Below the pieces are notes generated by a model that had not been told where the DNA came from, searched no databases, and saw only the letters and a program-made list of their open reading frames with translations. This document shows positions 60,856-64,000 of a stretch of 64,000 nt of DNA, piece by piece (within the stretch, counting starts at the first letter, position 1; every line of letters starts with the position of its first letter). This DNA comes from Podarcis melisellensis (lineage: Eukaryota), in assembly GCA_964234715.1 (NCBI GenBank), contig OZ174278.1, one strand, 5' to 3'. The translations under genes were made by a program, and so were the position numbers.

Positions 60856-62040
60856 GTGAGGAGCAGGGGAACCACTGGGGAAAAGGCTCGTTTCCCTGCA
60901 GGGAGGTCTTACACCGTTGCCCCTCCTGCCAAAGCCTCTCATTCAGATGACATTAAGATGGCAGGTGACTTTTCCAGTTACTAGTTTTGTTGCTTCTGGG
61001 AGGAGAGGAGGAGGTAAAGAATGAGGCAGGGAAAGGATCTTCTCTAGGTTGCCCTCTCTTCCCCATATGCAGTGAGTTCTCCGGGGTGGGGTTAGAGGGA
61101 TAGAAAAGCAGTCAAAATAATATCAATGAGGGCAGCAATTTTAGATACCAAGGAAGGGATCAATCATTTTGCAAAGTTCATGACATGAGGGGGGGGCAGA
61201 AACCAGCAGGGAGGAGGGAGCAGGGAAAAGGTACTTATTTCCCTGGGAGTTGAAAGTGCAAGCTTTGAAAAAACGCTTTGAAACAGGCACATCTGAAACC
61301 GTGCGACATAAAAAAATAAGTTGCAAACTAATTAAATGCTCTCAGCCTTCTTTGGACTACAACTTCCACCAGTACTGATCAGCATAACTAGAGAGCACCA
61401 ATTTGGTTGGTTCTGAAAGCAGTTTCGTAATTTGGAAGCTGTTTATTTTATAATCTTTGGGATAACAAAATATGTATTTTATCAAAGGAATTGTTGAAAC
61501 GAAATACAATTAAGAAGAAGTATATTAATAGTGAAATACAACTCGGAATTTTTTTGGGCCCCCAAACCTAACACTGTTTTTATTTTTGTGTCATGCTTGT
61601 TGTATTCTTAATTTAAAAAAAAATAAAATAAAAAATAGAGACATCAAGTTGACATTGTCCTTCTGTCAAAGTTAGCAGGGAATTTAATGAAGTGCTGTGT
61701 GAACTTCCCTATTAAGTTGTGCCATGCTTTGAAACATCCCAGCTGCCTCTGATGTAATCCTGAATGGACTTCAAGTAGAAATAATAGACTCTTTGATGCT
61801 GCAACAGGTGCACTAGTGGACAATTAAAATGTTCCTTTCATAAAACCCTTCCATGTATGTGATGAAAGAAGTCAACTTTGTGCAATTTGACTTCTCAAGC
61901 CATTTGCTACTGTGTACAGAAGTGGTTCTTATTTTGTTTATTGACGCATGGCACCCCCACCCACTTCAAGGTCGCTGTCCGTGGAAGAATGGAGGCCATG
62001 CATCCAGCAAAATGAAAGATTCTGCTTCCATTTTAACTGT

Positions 62041-62380
62041 AAAGGTAAAGGGACCCCTGACGGTTAGGTCCAGTCGTGACCGACTCTGGGGTTGCGGCGC
62101 TCATCTCGCTTTATTGGCCCAGGGAGCCAGCGTACAGCTTCTGGGTCATGTGGCCAACATGACTAAGCCGCTTCTGGCGAACCAGAGCAGTGCACGGAAA
62201 TGCCGTTTACCTTTCTGCCTATTTATCTACTTGCACTTTGATGTGCTTTCGAACTGCTAGGTTGGCAGGAACAGGGACTGAGCAACGGGAGCTCACCCCG
62301 TCACGGGGATTCGAACCGCCGACCTTCTGATCGGCAAGTCCTAGGCTCTGTGGTTTAACCCACAGCGCCACCCACGTCCT
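62041..62380 (-). mobile_element. Full-length Sauria SINE
   Basis: TSD ATTTTAACTGT at 62030-62040 and 62384-62394. Confidence 0.95.
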
Positions 62381-62734
62381 AATATTTTAACTGTGCCCTC
62401 AATTAAAATGCTTCCATTTCTACATAGAAGTGAAAGGCCGTTGTTCAGCCATATGGGCAGGTAAACGGATGCCTCACAGACTGAGGACAAATGAGGGTCA
62501 GGCTGTCCATTGTGTTTATTGGATAAATGTATCCAATTGGTGGGATATAAATGTAATAAACCAATAAAGTAAGCTGTGGTATAAATGAGTATTGATTGAA
62601 TGTATATACCACCTTTCAACATAAGATTTCAGGGTGGTTCACAGAGTAGAGATCAATGCTGTTAAGGCTGGTCTGATCCTTCGGTCCACTTTCTTGGTCA
62701 CACAAGTGTAGTAGAATCCAATGCTTTCTGAATT

Positions 62735-63155
62735 ACCATTTTAAATTTTATTTTGCATTTTTGCATTTTACAATGTTTTGACAATAGAAATCAAGCCTAA
62801 ACAAAGCCCACCTACATTTTCTGCAACTCCCCCCCCCCCGCGGTTCCTTATTTTATATCTTATTCTTACTGCATAACCAATTCAAACCTATTTACAAGTT
62901 TATCCTTTATATTACCTTTAAGTTCTATTTCTTACTGCTCATGTTTATGTCAATCCTGCTAACGTTTTTAATTGTTTACATTATGTTTTCATATATTCAA
63001 CTAATTTTCCCCATTCTGTTAAAAGAAGTCTCTATCTTGATCTCTTATTGTGCCGGTACGTTTCACCATTTCTACGTATACCATCAATTTTAGTTGCCAC
63101 TCGTCTTTTGTTGTAAACTGCTGCTTCTTTCCATCTTTGGGCGTATATCATTTGG
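62735..63155 (-). mobile_element. L1 LINE 3' fragment
   Basis: Minus frames give 'YAQRWK...TKDEWQLKLM', matching the L1 ORF2 C-terminus. T-rich tail at the left end. Confidence 0.7.
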
Positions 63156-63484
63156 GCAGCGCCAATGCTAAGTTTGCATACCTGTAGGGTTACCATCCTA
63201 ATTTCACACACTATATAGTGGGATTTCCACTTAGACATGCATTTTGCTATTTTAAACAAAACATGAAGTCAAGCCACCATCAAGTCACAATCAAAATAAA
63301 AGTATCCTTGCACCCACCACCTTCAAAAGGTGTTGCTGTTTTCAGCTTGCTTTTAAATTTGTTTCCTTCTCATTCTTCATGTACATTATATGCCACACAC
63401 AGTGAAAAAATAATTCTGTAAAATCGCACACGTTTGTCAACAAATGATATAAGAGTGGTCCTCATGAACAGGGAAGATGAAATG

Positions 63485-63509
63485 TAATAATAATAATAAT
63501 TATAATAAT

Positions 63510-63553
<44 letters not shown>
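63485..63553. repeat. (AAT)n microsatellite, the tail of the adjacent L2
   Basis: Direct inspection. Confidence 0.95.
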
Positions 63554-63555
<2 letters not shown>

Positions 63556-63930
63556 TATTATTTACACCCCGCCCACTCTGGGCGGCTTCCAACAGAACAC
63601 TAAAATACAATAACCTATTAAACATTAAAAGCTTCTCTAAACAGGGCAGACTTCAGATGTCTTCTAAAAGTTTGGTAGTTATTTTTCTCTTTGACATCTG
63701 GTGGGAGGGGGTTCCACAGGGCGGGTGCCACTACCGAGAAGGCCCTCTGCCTGGTTCCCTGTAACTTGGCTTCCACAGGGCGGGCGCCACTACCAAGAAG
63801 GCCCTCTGCCTGGTTCCCTATAACTTGGCTTCTCGTAGCGAGGGAACCGCCAGAAGGCCCTCGGCGCTGGACCTCAGTGTCCGGGCAGTGTCCGGGCAGA
63901 TGGAGGTGGAGACGATCCTTCAAGTATACT
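63554..63930 (-). mobile_element. L2 LINE 3' fragment with internal tandem duplications
   Basis: Minus ORF 'RAFSVVAPALWNPLP...FRRHLKSALFREAF' is the L2 ORF2 C-terminus. Confidence 0.9.
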
Positions 63931-64000
63931 TCAAGTATATGTTGAAGACATTTCAAGCAACTCCCTTGCCAAAAGGGTTGCGCCAAAAAGTAGGTGGCAA

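Noticed and set aside
245-63764. Poly-S, poly-K/E, IY, HT and poly-N ORFs
   Set aside because: Translations of microsatellites.
1-64000. CRISPR array or prokaryotic operon
   Set aside because: No repeat-spacer periodicity or dense ORFs. The sequence is vertebrate.

Overview
This is vertebrate, non-genic DNA (a gene desert or very large intron). It is almost certainly from a squamate, probably a lacertid lizard, judging from the repeats: Sauria/Squam1, Squam2-like and Squam3-like SINEs, plus BovB, CR1, L1, L2 and Penelope. I could not identify any host protein-coding exon. The longer ORFs are LINE fragments, their antisense shadows, microsatellites or gap-spanning artefacts. There are three assembly gaps. 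Notable structure: (1) an apparently identical 4.33-kb tandem duplication (10859-15184 / 15192-19517) whose junction carries a templated 7-nt insertion; (2) three TSD-less elements bounded by a GCAA core with a 5' hairpin, resembling non-autonomous Ngaro/DIRS tyrosine-recombinase retroelements; (3) two minimal hammerhead-ribozyme motifs in Penelope fragments; (4) a BovB insertion with an inverted 5'-UTR piece, and a Bov-A-like 285-bp BovB deletion derivative whose 5' end has an HDV-ribozyme-like fold; (5) four TGTCAG...TGACA solo LTRs; (6) many TA- and 8-bp-TSD MITEs; (7) a frameshifted acidic coding fossil; (8) several unique AT-rich blocks that look like conserved non-coding elements. Family names come from my recall of consensus sequences, not from database searches.
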